Positions 1 through 13,844 of a stretch of 64,000 nucleotides of DNA are shown piece by piece. The stretch is taken from NCBI RefSeq assembly GCF_037042905.1, contig NC_087245.1:13890001-13954000 (forward strand), in the 5' to 3' direction. Under the pieces are notes generated by a model. That model saw nothing but the letters and a program-made list of their open reading frames with translations, was not told the origin of the DNA and did not search any database. The DNA comes from Lytechinus pictus (Eukaryota). The number at the start of each line of letters is the position of its first letter. Position 1 is the first letter of the stretch. The translations under genes and the position numbers were made by a program.

Positions 1-1768
1 GAGAATAAGAAAATTGTTATCCATGGGCCAGGGCTCGCAAAAGTAAAGTTCGGTACTATTGCTTAGAGGCATGCAAGCCTCATAGAATAAAAAACAATGA
101 GTATTGCACATTCCGGTATATACAATTACATGTTATTAAAATTCAAATAAAACACATTCAACAAACATTGTTAACAAGTATGTAACGTCAGGCAAGATCA
201 AAGAAACAAAGAGGGGCATTGGGAAGAATTTACATACCCATGCCGGACTGAATGCTTAACATAACATATCATGAAAATAACTTAAATTTTGTGTAAATAC
301 TAGAGCCTGAAAAGCAACAATGAAACTAAGAGGAATGCCCGAGACAGCAGCAAAAGCATGCCTCCACATTCCTATTAATGACATGTGTACTCGCCAGGCT
401 CCAGCACCTAACACATAACAAATCATAGAGACAACACATGGTAAAATTATAGGAAACTCGTCTCCTTGATGAAGAAAAAGAAGAGAAATTAAGAACTTCG
501 TAAAAAAAAAATAGTAATGATATTTAGATTCTTAGATTTTTTACCAAATGGACATAACAGATAATACAGCATGTACTACTGTGAAACATTATTCTGAAAT
601 ATTAATTGAATAAAAAGTAATATTTAATTATATAATAATTGCTTACTGATAGATAATTGATTCAAATTACGATACAGGAAACACAATTGTTGGATGCACA
701 TCATAGAATGATGCAAAGTACATGTAATTATTTAGGTTATATGTCAAGCGTATCAAATTTCAGGAAGAGCGTATGGCAACAATTAATTTGGTATAAATAT
801 ATGAAGGGATACATGCACTGTATATTGCACCAGACAAATATAATGCTTTAAGAATTATTCATCTCCCCCTCGAGCTTAAACATGCTTAGATCAGGCTTAC
901 ACCAATGAGTTTAAGATATGGAGAACCATCCAACACACTCCTTTACAGCCACTTTGATGCTGCAAGGATAAAATATATGAGACATGTTGTTCATTGGATT
1001 TGTCTTGCAGGTTATAGACAAAAGATCCCTACCTAACTATAGGCTAATTGCTGGCCAGATATAACAAGAAATGTGCTTTTTAAATGATATTTACTTTTTG
1101 CTGCCTCTGGTCGGATACTCGTAACAGACACATGGCTAATTTATTTTTACGGGGGAAAGCAAAAATGAATGTTGAAATATAATTTAAAATTACTCGACTG
1201 GACGCATGTGTCACATAACACCACAAATAGATATATTCCCTGAAACAAATCTTAATGTTTGTAATGTGGAAGTATGTGGAGATTTGTAAAATGCTGATTT
1301 AAAAATGGTCAAATTCTTGATATTTTTTTTTACATTTTGAAACTGTTATCATACAATATTTCGCCCAATTTCAGGACAGATAAGGCTTGGAGATCGCCAC
1401 CAAAGGCTGCAGTGCACCTGTTTATTCTTCTGTACTTTTTTTTTGAATTCGAAAGCTACATTAATTAATTTGCATCTCGTTGTCACTCCATCTTTGCATT
1501 AGCTCCATGCTTACACTTTCTCAATAAGAGGTCGATATCCGTGTTACTCAAATAACTCTACCAAAATATCAAGTCAATAATCTTTATCAAATGCAGCAAT
1601 GGTAAGAAGAAAGATATGAGGCAATGGTATCGCCCCGCCATTGATCTCTTATGATGTTACCGTTTTCCTTCTTGAGATCATTTTGACTAGCCAAAAGTTA
1701 GATATGAAAATATTTGTCATTGTAAAAATGATTTATTAAGAAATGTACTTTGAGGATTTGTGGGATAT

Positions 1769-1859
1769 GAATGAATAAATAAATAAATAAATGAATAAGT
1801 AAATAAATAAATGAATGAATGAATGAATGAATAAATAAATAAATAAATAAATGAATGAA

Positions 1860-1946
<87 letters not shown>

Positions 1947-1963
1947 ACAAATAAATTAATAAA
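1769..1963. repeat. (AAAT)n/(GAAT)n microsatellite
   Basis: Direct tandem AAAT/GAAT units; explains the spurious FIYL-repeat ORF 1717-1950. Confidence 0.97.
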
Positions 1964-2228
1964 TTTTGACCGGCGTTTTTAGTGAGCTGAAAATTTGGAC
2001 CGGACAGAGAGGTGTTTCAGGGCCGACATGTTTTGACCCACCTTTTTTGTCTCGCCTGCATAGTAGAAACGAGACACAGGCGGCGTTGTCAACACCGATA
2101 TTAAACAAGGTGAAGTTTTTGAAATGTCATCATGACTTAGAAAGCGTATGGATGTATTTCGTGAAACTTGGGCATAATGTAACCAAGTATCACTGATCAC
2201 CTTTCATGAGTTTCTTTCTTTCTCTTTC

Positions 2229-5200
2229 TAGTCTGGTAGGGAGGTAGGGTTCCCATGCACCCGAATGATATATTTTTTTAACCTACATTTTTGTAATCCT
2301 TAAGATGTTTATTGATTGAATTTTGATGTTCCCAAAACGAAATATTGTCCCATGGGGTTCAAATTCAAGATGGCGTCCAAAATGGCCGCCATATTCATGG
2401 GATTTGGATTTTCGTACATAGATTCCGACACAAACATTCATTTGCCACAAAATTAGTGTTATATGAAAGATAAATAAATTTTCTACAAGTTGATACTATT
2501 CATGGGTGATGAAATGATAATTCGACTGAGATTTTAATAAGAAAAGTACAATTTTGAGAATTTTTTCCAAAAAATTGAAAATTTGTGAAATACATGATTT
2601 ACCATAAATCTAAAGAAAATAAAGAAATCGCCTCGAAAATTTCTAGAAAACTTTCCTAATATACAATTATTAGGTGGACGAAATTCCAAATTGATATCAA
2701 TATTAGTCACAAACTTATTATGTCTCAAACTTGAAAATTCAATTTTCAGAAATTTAGCTTTTTTTACTGCATATCGGAGACTTGGATATATTAGTGTATA
2801 TTGTCACATTTTCAACCCAGAAAATGGAAAAAGGCCTTCATAAAATGCGAAATTATCGATTATTTTGTTGGTAGAATTTACTACAATCCCTTTATTCTTC
2901 GATTTCAAGTCGGTTGATATAGTTTTTAAAAGAATTAAGACTTTTGGCCAAAATTTGTATGTTTTTGGTAAAAAAAATTGCACGTGCACTGTTATTGATC
3001 AGATTTATTATGAATATCAGCAATAAATGCACAATCTCAACATTCGATATGAAAGATGATGTATCAACGAGAATATTGGCAGGCTTCATGCCACCATGAG
3101 TATCTTCATTTGCTTCAGATAGAAGGAAAATATGCTGAATGTATTAAGCGATTTTGCGCTAAAGTGAGGCCAAAAAGCAACGTCGGTGTGGCAGTCACAC
3201 CTATGAAAACGATTGCAAAGTGATGAATGGTATGCCATTCAAATAATACAATAGCTCTGATCAGCCTTTCGCTTCGATTGTGTTGGTATGACTAACACAC
3301 CGTAATGTACAGTATAGAATGTGCATGGTAATAGAAATGTATCTGATTCAGAAGGATGTAAAGGACAAAAAGGTGTTTCTGTTACATCATAAAGAAATAT
3401 ATTTATTGATGTCGTTTGGAAACATTTATAAGATACACTAGCACTGCAGGTAATAGAGATGAAGTTTTGACATATCAATAACTGAAAGGAACATGTCAAA
3501 GCTACCCCAACCTTATCTGTATTTTGAATCTGTGGCCTGTATTCCAAAATCAGGTTTATTTTCCAACACGTTCTAACTCTTTTCTAAATTTATGAAGAGC
3601 CAATATTCTGTTTATTGTATATCTCTTATGTTTACAACTCTGTTCCGTTTGCTTTCATAATGAAGGAAAAAACCTCAATTATCAATCTCAGACAACTATG
3701 AACCATTTGGGGGTCAATATTAATGGAATTTGCTCTCCACAGTAAAAATCATTGGGGGTAATTCTGTCGTCAGTCAAAAAGTGATCATAGTTAAAAACCA
3801 TAACGTAGTTCAGATGACCGAAGATCTGACATGGTATGTGATGGTCGTTTACCAAAACAAAAGAAATCACGATCAAAATCAAAACGTCGAAAGAACTAAC
3901 CAATCAGCGAAATGGACACAGCACACGATACTATCACAGATCCTGATCATTATCAGTCTAAAGGCAGTCTATCCAACTTTGCATAATTTGACATAATACA
4001 TACCAATGGACCATACACAGTTGTAAATTCAGAAGGCACAGTAGCATTTGCTAACATTTACATATGCCCACAGAGCCGGTCAACATAAGCTCTACCTAAG
4101 AGTTGACTCAAGTGCAAGTACTAACACTATCATAGTCCGTACGCCGATGAAATATAGAGTTCAAAGTGGGAATCATTAGTGAAACAAACACCAGTAAAAC
4201 TTGAAGCTTATGGTGAGATTCCAATCAAATGTAAAGGTACACTAATTTGACATAAAATGTTACAGTCCAAAATGTTCAACATAGACATTCTATGTACCAG
4301 ATGTCAAGGTTTCAGCTATCCTTGGGTTGTTAGGTTGCACTGACCTTGGAATTATCACAATTTACTCAATGTACAATTATGACACACCAACACCTAACCC
4401 TAAACCTGAACAAATACTTATCACAAGTGATGATGATCTCGAACAAGCATTTCCAGAGCAGTTCGATGCTATTGGTAGTTTTAAAGGAAAAAACGATGTT
4501 TCATGTCAAGGACATCGCTAAACCTACCATAGACGCACCACGCAAGTGCAGCACATTAATTGTAGGACAAGATCAACGTGGAGGAACACGACAAGAATCG
4601 GTACTTGTTCATGGAGACGGCAAAGCAAGAAGGCTCAGTGTTCAACAGCTCCAAGTGCACAATCAAGAAAGAAGCTATCAACTTCTTTGGCTCCAAGTGC
4701 ACTAGATCAGATATCTACTCAGATCCTAGCAAGGTAGAAGCCAACACATTACCCAAGTACTATTACCCAAGGACGAAGAGGATGATGTTCAGAAATGCCT
4801 AATATTGTTCAAATACCTAGCAGCATATATTCCTAATTTGTGGGAAAAGTCAGCACCACTTCGATAACTTCTCCACAAGGAAGTACCGTTCATCTGGGAC
4901 GATGATCATGAGCATTCCTTGAACAGCCTGAAATGTGCAGTATCATCAGGTGCATGCCTACAGTTCTATGACCCAGAGAGAGAGGCCTGTCGAGATGGAT
5001 ACATCAATGAAAGATCTAGGAGCATGCCTTGCTTCAGGATGGTAACCTGCTGCGTTTGCATCCAAAGTCTTTCCACTGCACAGTCCAACTACTCAAACAT
5101 AGAGGGAAATCTTAGTCCTAATGTTTGGTACCAAACGCTTCTATAATATCAGTTCGAGAAGGAATTCACAGTCATAATCAATCACAGACCACTGGAAATT

Positions 5201-8200
5201 ATATAGAAAAAAATTCTTACAAGTGCACTGCCGCATCTACAGCGATCGCTTATAATCAAAGTCCAAGGAAACAGGTTTCAAGTCAATTACCGACCTGGAA
5301 ACAACATGATTCTTTCCGATTCATTGAGTTGACTTTGTAATCCCAAGGAAGCATGCGATGTACCGTTAGGTGTCAGAGTTAAATCCGTCTGCTCTTAGGA
5401 AAAAGATTCGCATATGCGATCGACTTATTACTCTTCAGAAAACACAAGAGAACAGAACTTCAGAGAGAAACAGCTAATGATCCAATACCTAGATCGTTAT
5501 GGCAGATAGTTACTAAGAGTTGGCCTGAAACAATCCAAGAGTTATTGAAATCCCTTATGCAGTATTGGTCGTATAGAGATAACATCGGATTATCACATGG
5601 AATACTCTTCACGGGAAGTCAAGTCATCGTACCGAAGTCACTGAGGAATGATATTCTTGGACAGCTTCACCTAGGACACATGGGAATCGAAAGTACCAGC
5701 TGACTTGCTCGTGAGACGGTGTTCTTGTCAAACATCAACGAGGACATCGACCAGTTGATAAAGTAGAGTGAAACATGCCAGAAACATAAAGCAAGGCAGC
5801 AGAAAAAAAGAAGTGGAATATCAAGCACATTACTTCTTCTCCACACTATCCAAGATCAAACGGATTAGCTCAGAGGATGGTTCGTACAGTCAAGAATCTG
5901 TTGACAAAATGTTCTCAGACTGGCCAAGACAGTCAACTAGCAATGATGAACCTGAGAGCAACAGCAGAAATGTTATTTGGTAGACCCATCAGAACCACAT
6001 TATCAAGTCACTATTTCTCGAGAGATTCTACTGCCACAGATTTTCTCTTGAATAGGCAAGGCAAGGTGAAGGAAGGGCATTATCGACATGCAAGTTCTGA
6101 TCTACCACCTCTACATGTAGGACAGCCAGTGAGAGTTATACATCCAAGATAACACACTTGGATACCAGCTAAAGCATCCAAAGTCTGTGAGGAACCCAGG
6201 TCTTACGAAGTATCAAAGCCAAACGGAGGAATCTTGAAAAGGAACGGATCACACGTGAGGGAAATTCCATCCACCATCCCCACTCCAAAGCAGGAATCGA
6301 AATTAGCGGTCGCCCGGGTGACGTTGGCAACCAAAACTGCCATCATGGTTGCCCGGATGGCAACCAAGAAAATTCCATGTTTTTTTTCTCAAAGAGAATG
6401 AAATTCTCTTGAATTTTGCAGCAAGCAAAATTGCTTTTCCAGTCCAAAGTTTACAACTTCTGGATCAGGAATATATCTTTCAAGATCACATTGGCACAAA
6501 GTTTTAGCTAAAAAAGATCGCCCAAATGTAGCACATGAGCCTGCCAATGACTTCTAAGATTGACTGCCTGTTTGTCAAAGTCCTCCCTAAGAACCATAAA
6601 GCTTGCATTTTGACATGATATAAGTTAATTGTTGGAAGTTGTAAAATGCAATTTACAGGAGGCCTTTTTCCGTGGTACTGATTCGTCACCACATTTTCTA
6701 CTTTTGAAAATATTAAATAGATTAATAACACAGCCATACACATCTCAATGTTCCAAAAATGCCTTCCACTTCTTTACATTGGTCAACAGAAAGAGGTTTT
6801 TGTCATTTTTGGCACTTTAATGTATCATAATTGTTTGATTTAAATTGTAAAGAATAAAGATAACCCACTCAATTAATTTCTCATACTCAGAATACCCTCA
6901 AAATATTTGTAAGAGTTCTTTTGTCAGAATCCAAGATGGCCGTCAAAGTGGCGGCCAAGGGACAATATTCAAGTTTTCAGAACATCAAAATAAATTCATT
7001 CAGTATACGACTCCAGGATTGAAAAGGTGAAGGTTAGAAAAACTTATCAATGTGGTGAAAAGGGGTGGTAAAGATAATGACAATATAGTAATTTAAGTCT
7101 GTAAAATGCAGTAAAATAATCAATTTCTTAATAATTGTATATTAGGAAAGTTTTCTAGAAAGTTTCAAGGCAATTCCTTTATTTTTCTTAGATATATGGT
7201 AAATCAAGTATTTTGCAAATTTTCATTTTTGGGGAAAACAATTTCAAAATGCACTTATCTTATTAAGATCAGCCGAATTACCTTTTCATCACCTATGATT
7301 AATACCAACTTGTAGATAATTTATTCATATTTCATATGACACTAATTTTGTGTTCGAAGATAAACCTGATTTAGGAATACAGGCCATAGATTCAAAATAC
7401 AGATAAAGTGGGGGTAGCTTCGACATATTCCTTTGAGCTGTGTATTGATGTGTAAGAACTTCATCTCTTTTACCTGCAGTGCTAGTGTATCTTATAACTG
7501 TTTCCAATAGACAATATTTAATAAATTTCTTTATAATGTAACAGAAACACCTTTTTTTGTCTTTGCATCCTTCTGAATCAGATACATTTCTTTTACCATG
7601 CACATTACATACTGGACATTACGGTGTGTTAGTCATACCTACACAATCGATGCGAGAGGCTGATCCAAGCTATTGTATTATTTGAATGACATACCATTCA
7701 TCCCTTTGCAATCGTTTTCATGGATGTGACTGCCACACTAAGGTTGCTTTTTGGCCTCACTTTAGCGCAAAATCGCTCAATGCATTCAGCATATTTTCCT
7801 TCTATTTGAAGCAAATGAAGTTACTTATGGTGGCATGAAGCCTGCCAATATTCTCGTTGATACATCATCTGTCATATCGAATGTTGAGATTGTGCATTTA
7901 ATACTGATATTCATAATAAATCTGATCAATAACAGTGCATGTGCAATTTTTTTTTTACAAAAAACACACAAATTTTTGCCAAATTCTTTTAAAAACTATA
8001 TCAACCGACTTGAAATCGAAGAATAAAGGGATTGTAGTAAATTCTACCAACAAAATAATAGATAATTTCGCATTTTATGAAGGCCTATTTCCATTTTCTG
8101 GGTTGAAAATGTGACAATATACATTAATATATCCAAGTCTCCGATATGCAGTAAAAAAAGCTAAATTTCTGAAAATTGAATTTTCAAGTTTGAGACATAA

Positions 8201-8689
8201 TAAGTTTGTGACTAAAAACGACATCGATTTGGAATTTCGTCCACTTAATAATTGTATATAAGGAAAGTTTTCTAGAAATTTTCGAGGCGATTTCTTTATT
8301 TTCTTTAGATTTATGGTAAATCATGTATTTTGCAATTTTTCAATTTTTGGAAAAAAAATCTCAAAATTGCACTTTTCGTACTAAAATCTCAGCCGAATTA
8401 CCATTTTATCACCCATGAATAGTATCAACTTGTAGAAAATGTATTTATCTTTCATATGACACTAATTTTGTGGCAAATGAATGTTTGTGTCGGAATCTAT
8501 GTACGAAAATCCAAATCCCATGAATATGGCGGCCATTTTGGACGCCATCTTGAATTTGAACCCCATGGGACAATATTTCGTTTTGGGAACATCAAAATTC
8601 ATTCACTACACATCTTACAGATTACAAAAATGTAGGTTAAAAAAATATATCATTCGGGTGCATGGGAACCCTATCTCTCTCCCCTACTA
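2229..8689. mobile_element. Non-autonomous Academ-like DNA transposon with ~1.34 kb terminal inverted repeats
   Basis: 2229-~3570 is the reverse complement of ~7350-8689 (e.g. GGGTTCCCATGCACCCGAATGATATA / TATATCATTCGGGTGCATGGGAACCC; mirror ORFs 2892-3089 minus and 7835-8026 plus). Termini TAG...CTA; 3 bp TSD TTC at 2226-2228 and 8690-8692. Confidence 0.8.
3700..6270 (+). pseudogene. Decayed Ty3/gypsy LTR retrotransposon pol (PR-RT-RNaseH-IN), many stops, frameshifts and deletions; no LTRs seen
   Basis: Degenerate protease RVDSSASTN (~4100); RT C-part EEHDKN..FNSSKC..INFFG (4578-4690); RNase H SLSTAQSNYSNIE (~5065); integrase Zn finger LHLGHMGIE..CQKH (~5665-5790); integrase SSPHYPRSNG..MVRTVKNLL (~5835-5905); C-terminal LPPLHVGQPVRV..PRSYEV. 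Domain order is gypsy-type. Confidence 0.85.
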
Positions 8690-8692
8690 TTC

Positions 8693-8947
8693 CCTTATTT
8701 CTTTTTCGATGGTTAATGCTCAAGTTGTTATTTCGATTTGTATATGCTATGCAACTACAAGAATATTTATTAGGAGGCTGCACTCTACAAGCTCCGCTTT
8801 TTAGCAGCCTCCATTTCCAACCTGATTATGTAATAATCTTGAATATAATTTTTTGTACAGGGATACTTGAAATATGTTTTGTTATTTGTATGTCAAAGTG
8901 CACAAAACTCTAATTGTTGAAAATGGAAATAAACGAAATGAAATGAA
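8693..8947 (+). mobile_element. 3' UTR fragment of an L2/CR1-group LINE (first ~14 bp at 2215-2228, split by the Academ-like element)
   Basis: Stem-loop GGAGGCTGC..ACAAGCTCCGCTT..GCAGCCTCC (8773-8812), AATAAA then (GAAAT)n tail; bounded by the ATGAGTTTC duplication. Confidence 0.7.
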
Positions 8948-10005
8948 ATGAGTTTCATGTAACATTATATAAGATCAAAGGTAATTTTAGGGTAAATAAA
9001 CTTTGACCATTTTGTGGCATTGTTGTGGTATCAACTGAAATTTTAGGTCATTAGGTGAAGGTCAAAGATCATTTTGGGTCAACGAGCTATAGCAGATTTT
9101 TGTGAAAATTATTCATATATTTTTTTAAGACAGCAGTGCTGTCATATTGAATTGCATTTTTTTGTCCGTGAGCTTTAGATTTGCCTAACACTTGGCATTA
9201 TCATTATAAAAGACTTGCATTTGTCAAATTTTGGTTAGTCGAAATCCCAAAGGGAAATCGGGTTCATTAAAAAAAGTTTCCTCGTACGTTCTCTTTTTTA
9301 ATTCTGATTTTGGTGATACTGAGATTTAAAAAAAAAACATCTTCGTGAATTTTATTAATTGTTTATTGCTCATTGAAAGAAGAGGTTGTACTGTTGCATT
9401 GTTTTATGTAACTTAATCCATTGTTAAAATCATTTTCTTTCATTTTCACTAACTTTTAGGTATTTTTTCACAAATAATTTTTGCAAATGGTCACAGGCGT
9501 CAGAATTATACTGATCCATCACAATTAAGATCCCAAGATTTGATATGATTTTCAAGGCAAGGAAATATGCTTTTGTTTTAGTTTTGGACAGAAAATCGTG
9601 ATCTCTGGGCACTTTAACTTAAGAAATTTCGTGTCCAGCGTTAGGCCATTGTTGTCTAGCAACATAAATGCTAGTAAAAGTAATACCGAAATATTTAACT
9701 GTTTTACCGTCTTTTTCTCACTCTCTCCATCTTCTATTCTATCTTTCTCTCCCTTCTCCGTCCTCGTTTTCATCATCACCTTTCCCTTTCTCTTCCTCTC
9801 TCTCTCTCTCTCCCCCCCTCTCACACACACTCTCTTTCCCTTTATACTTCTGAACTCTCCATTCCCTTTCTCATATGCATCTTATGAAATTTAGTACTGA
9901 TTGTTGCTTTCCCGGAATATAAATGTCTCTTATTCACTTGTAAACTTTTATTTAAAAAAAAAAACCGTTATTTGTGTATTGTCATGATTGTAGAGTGTAT
10001 ATTAA

Positions 10006-11744
10006 AGGAGAATGAAACCCTTGAAACCAGCTGAATCCATATCAAAGAGAAAAATCAAAGAAACATATTGTTGAAAGTTTGAGGAAGATTGAATGAATAA
10101 TAAGAAAGTCATGAGCATTTGAATATTGAGATCACTAATGCCATGTAGATCCTCCCATTAGCAATGCGACCAAGATCTGTGATGTCACACACGTACAACT
10201 CCCTCATTACTTTAGTACTTATTTCACTTATATTCTCACTTTTATAGAGTCTATCACAAGGTGAGGCAGTGGCGTAACTACGGGGGGCATGGGGGGGGCA
10301 CGTGCCCCCCAAATCGGCTGACCCCCCCCAAAAAAAAAAAAACGGGGAAAAGGAAAAAAAGAGGGAGAAAGGAAGAGGAATGTAGAGGGAAAGAAGAAAT
10401 TATTCATTATAATGGTATATTATATTATAATCATGTTATATTACATAGGAAACATTTTTTATCACATATTTATGAAACATAATTTGCTCAGGGCCTATGT
10501 CTTCATTGTTCCTGGTGCTCGCATTGTCTGATTAACGAGATATATAAACCTGTTGTACGAAAACCTCCCGTTTTCAAGTCAATATACACCAAATTTATCA
10601 TTGTTTTATGTAATGACATATGCTTCTTTTGCATGACTACTTAAAGTGATTGCCCCATGTTAAGGTCTTAATATAAAACATTTCCTGTCCGTGACTACGT
10701 TCGCATCAGTGGATTGGTGAGATATGTCTGCTCTCCATGAATTCCTAAAATCAGTCCTTTAAATTTACCTTTTTCTGATCTGAGTCAAAAAATTTCAGCT
10801 CGCGCTTCGCGCTCGCATCATTTGGTTATTGAAATACGTATGGTTTCGTGAATTCCTACAAAACAAGCCTTAAAATGCCCCTCTTCAGGTCTAAATTTCC
10901 TAAATTTTCAGCTCGCGCTTCGCGCTCGCAATGTTTGATTAGTGAGATGCGTATGTTATTCATGATTACAATAACTAGTGCTTCATATGTGTAATCAGCA
11001 AGCGCTTGGCACTCGCATTAGATGACTATGGTGAGATATGTATACTATTAAGGGATTCCTAAAATATATAGTCCTTAAGATCTCGGGGTCAATATATACA
11101 AAAATTTCGGCTCGCGCTTCGCGCTCGCATTGTTTAGCGAGACAGGTACGTATCATGATTACAAAAATTCGATTATAATGTCCCTTTTTAGGTCTGAATA
11201 TCAATTTTTTTCAGCTCGCGCTTCGCGCTCGCATTATTTGATTACTGAGATGCGTATGTTATTCATGATTACAATGACTACAAGTGCTTCCTTAAAATGT
11301 CTCCATTAGGTCAGTATACCTGACAACTGAGCGCGCTTTGCGCGCTCACTTAGTGACTCAAAATTTTTGCTGGTGCCCCCCCCCCCAATGTCGTGACCCA
11401 CGGTACGCCACTGAGGTGAGGTGTTCATTTTATGAGAGGACGAGTACAGAGGTTTCACAACATTATATCATTGATGAATCGTTTGTCATATGATTAGAAT
11501 GAGCAAAAAGAGATGTTTTGGGGTATATTTTCAGTGTCCAAATGGGGAGAGTTGTTCATCTGTGACAACATAGATCTTGGTCGCATTGCCAATGAGAGGA
11601 TCACCATAGCATTAGTGATCTCAACATTCAAATGCTCATAACTCTTCTATTGCTAGTCCTATTTTACTCAAACTTTTGTTGATCTTATTCTTTGATTTTT
11701 CTGCTTTCACAAAAGCTAACTTGCTCCAAGAGTTTCATTCTCCT
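10006..11744. mobile_element. TTAA-flanked MITE (Kolobok-like) family A, copy 1, interrupted by a hAT-like MITE
   Basis: TTAA|AGGAGAATGAAAC ... GTTTCATTCTCCT|TTAA; matches the uninterrupted copy at 32930-33513 in reverse orientation. Confidence 0.88.
10267..11413. mobile_element. hAT-like MITE with internal ~120 bp minisatellite
   Basis: TIR CAGTGGCGTA...TACGCCACTG; 8 bp TSD AGGTGAGG (10259-10266, 11414-11421); repeated CTCGCGCTTCGCGCTCGCA units. Confidence 0.9.
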
Positions 11745-12535
11745 TTAAGTATATTGGAAATGAGTGATAAATCTCATTTGTCTTATTCTTTATTTACCTC
11801 TGTCTGTTTATCATTCTCTCTCTCTCTCTCTATTTGTTGTTATTGCTTTCTTCATGAATTATATGATATCCCGCAAGCAGAATATATTAATGTCATTTTA
11901 TATAATGCATTATTTCATATTGTCGATATGTTTGTTTATTATGTTTATCAGTATGCCTTGTAATGATATTGCCTGTATTTCGGTGATTGATCTTAGGCCT
12001 ATATGAATATATGTGTATAAAAATAGATAAGGTTGAATGAAATAAGAAGATAAAGGTAAAAAAAAGATAAAAAAAGATAAAGGTCAATGAAGGAACATGA
12101 AGACGAGGAAGAATAAGATGAATAGGAAAATCTGAAGAGAAGGAAAAGAAGAAATAGAATAAGACGAAGAAAAAGAAGAGCGATAGAAGAACAACGGCAA
12201 GAAGGACAAATATTTTTGTGTCATTAAAGTATCATAGTGTAAGCGGTGCGAATATTCAAATAAGATTTTAAATAATAAAAAAATGATTTTCCTATTTTTT
12301 GACGTTTTCTTTTCCAATGTTATCGTCGTGTAGTGTGATTAAGAATGCACCCAAGCAGTATAAATTTTCTCGTATGCAATCTTTACTTAGTTTAAATAGC
12401 TCCTGTACTAATGTCGCTGAAATTCATACTTTGCTTCGCAAACATGTGGCGTTATTTTGATTACCGAATATTCAGTGTAGTAAAATCACACGAAATCGTC
12501 ATGACGGTGTAGCGTTACTTCCGGTGAAAGATGTA

Positions 12536-12837
12536 GGGGCGTCGTGGTCTAGTGGTTATGAATCTCGTCTTTCAATCAGAGGGACGTGGATTCGAATTCC
12601 AGCCATGGCGTGTTTTCCTTCAGCAAGAAATTTACCCACATTGCGCTGCACTCGATCGACCTAGATGAGGTGAATGGGTACCCGCTATAGATTTATTCCT
12701 TGAATGCTTTAGTGCCTATACCATGTATACGGCGGTTGAGCTACAGCCGGGGTAATAATATGATACCAAGTATCAAGCGCAGTAGAGTATATGCAATAAT
12801 AGTAGCTGCGCTATACAAATGGAAAATAATCATTATT
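12536..12837 (+). mobile_element. tRNA-derived SINE
   Basis: A box TGGTCTAGTGG and B box GATTCGAATTC at the 5' end, unpaired acceptor stem, central body, L2-like tail AAGCGC..GCGCTATACAAAT..ATTATTA. Confidence 0.8.
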
Positions 12838-12839
12838 AA

Positions 12840-13533
12840 AGGTCAAGTCCAACTCAGAAAATTTTTGATTTGAATCAATAGAGAAAATCTGAAAAACAGA
12901 ATGCTGCAAATTTCATCAAAATCAGATGTAAAATAAGAAGGTTATGACATTTTAGATTTTCGCTTATTTTCACAAAATAGATATATGCACAAGTTAGTCA
13001 CATGCAAAATGAGAGAATCGATGATAAACCTCACTCACTATTTCTTTTGTTCTTTATTGTATGAATTATATAATATTTCAATTTTTACAGATTTTACAAT
13101 AATAAGGACAAACTTGACTGAACCATAAAATGTTAAACAATGGGAATTCCCATGTTCAGGAGAAATATAACTTTGTTTCAAAGAACAATGGGGAGAAAAT
13201 TTGAATATTTCATATAATAAAATACAAGACAAATAGTGAGTGAGTGACGTCATCAGTTCCTCGTTTGCACACTGACCGGGATGTGCATATAACTGTTTTG
13301 TGAAATTACGCGAAACTAAAAAATGTCATAACATTCTTATTTTACATCAGATTTTAACGAAATTTTCAAGTGTTATGGTGGTTTGATTTTTTCCTTTTTA
13401 TTCAAATAAACTTTTTGTTGGGGTGGACCTGTCCTTTAATGGACAAGTCAACCCCAACAAATTGTCAGTGTTATGCTAGTTTAATTTTTCTCTATTTATT
13501 CAAATCAACATTTTTCTGGGGTGGACTTGATCT
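12840..13533. mobile_element. TTAA-flanked MITE family B (12840-13435) plus adjacent internally deleted mini-copy (13440-13533)
   Basis: TTAA|AGGTCAAGTCCA...TGGACCTGTCCT|TTAA; homologous to 39274-39753 and 55924-56501. Confidence 0.85.
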
Positions 13534-13844
13534 TTAAGTTACGTACATGTAATCTTCGCACACCTACGGAGTTCGCATTGCAGCCGGTGTACCGGCGGAT
13601 CCTGCGCCTGGCAGATACTGTTCTAGGCACCAAATCCGCCGGCGGATATGGTTCTCCTCCGGCGGATTCAGTACCAAAAAAGGCCACTCCCTTCGGAAGA
13701 TATCGTTCTTGCGCTATCGCGATATCCTTCATTCATCACGTTCACACGTCATGCATGCACGCGCACCAGAAGTACAGGCGATATTGAGGGATCCAAATCT
13801 CTCCTTTTTTTTTAAGGAAATTTATTTTTCATGATCATTTATGG

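Larger units (their letters stand above)
2043..9110 (+). mobile_element. Interrupted Helentron/DINE-like non-autonomous repeat (pieces ~2043-2214 and ~8948-9110) hosting a nested insertion stack
   Basis: Starts T-run+GTCTCGCC..CGAGAC small inverted repeat. Sequence resumes across a 9 bp duplication ATGAGTTTC (2206-2214 and 8948-8956) into GGTCAAAG-rich repeats. Family assignment is by resemblance only. Confidence 0.5.

Noticed and set aside
1..1700. Possible gene or transposon in the first 1.7 kb
   Set aside because: Only a CAGGGCTCG-like end and short ORFs; no matching terminus, TSD or protein motif could be supported.
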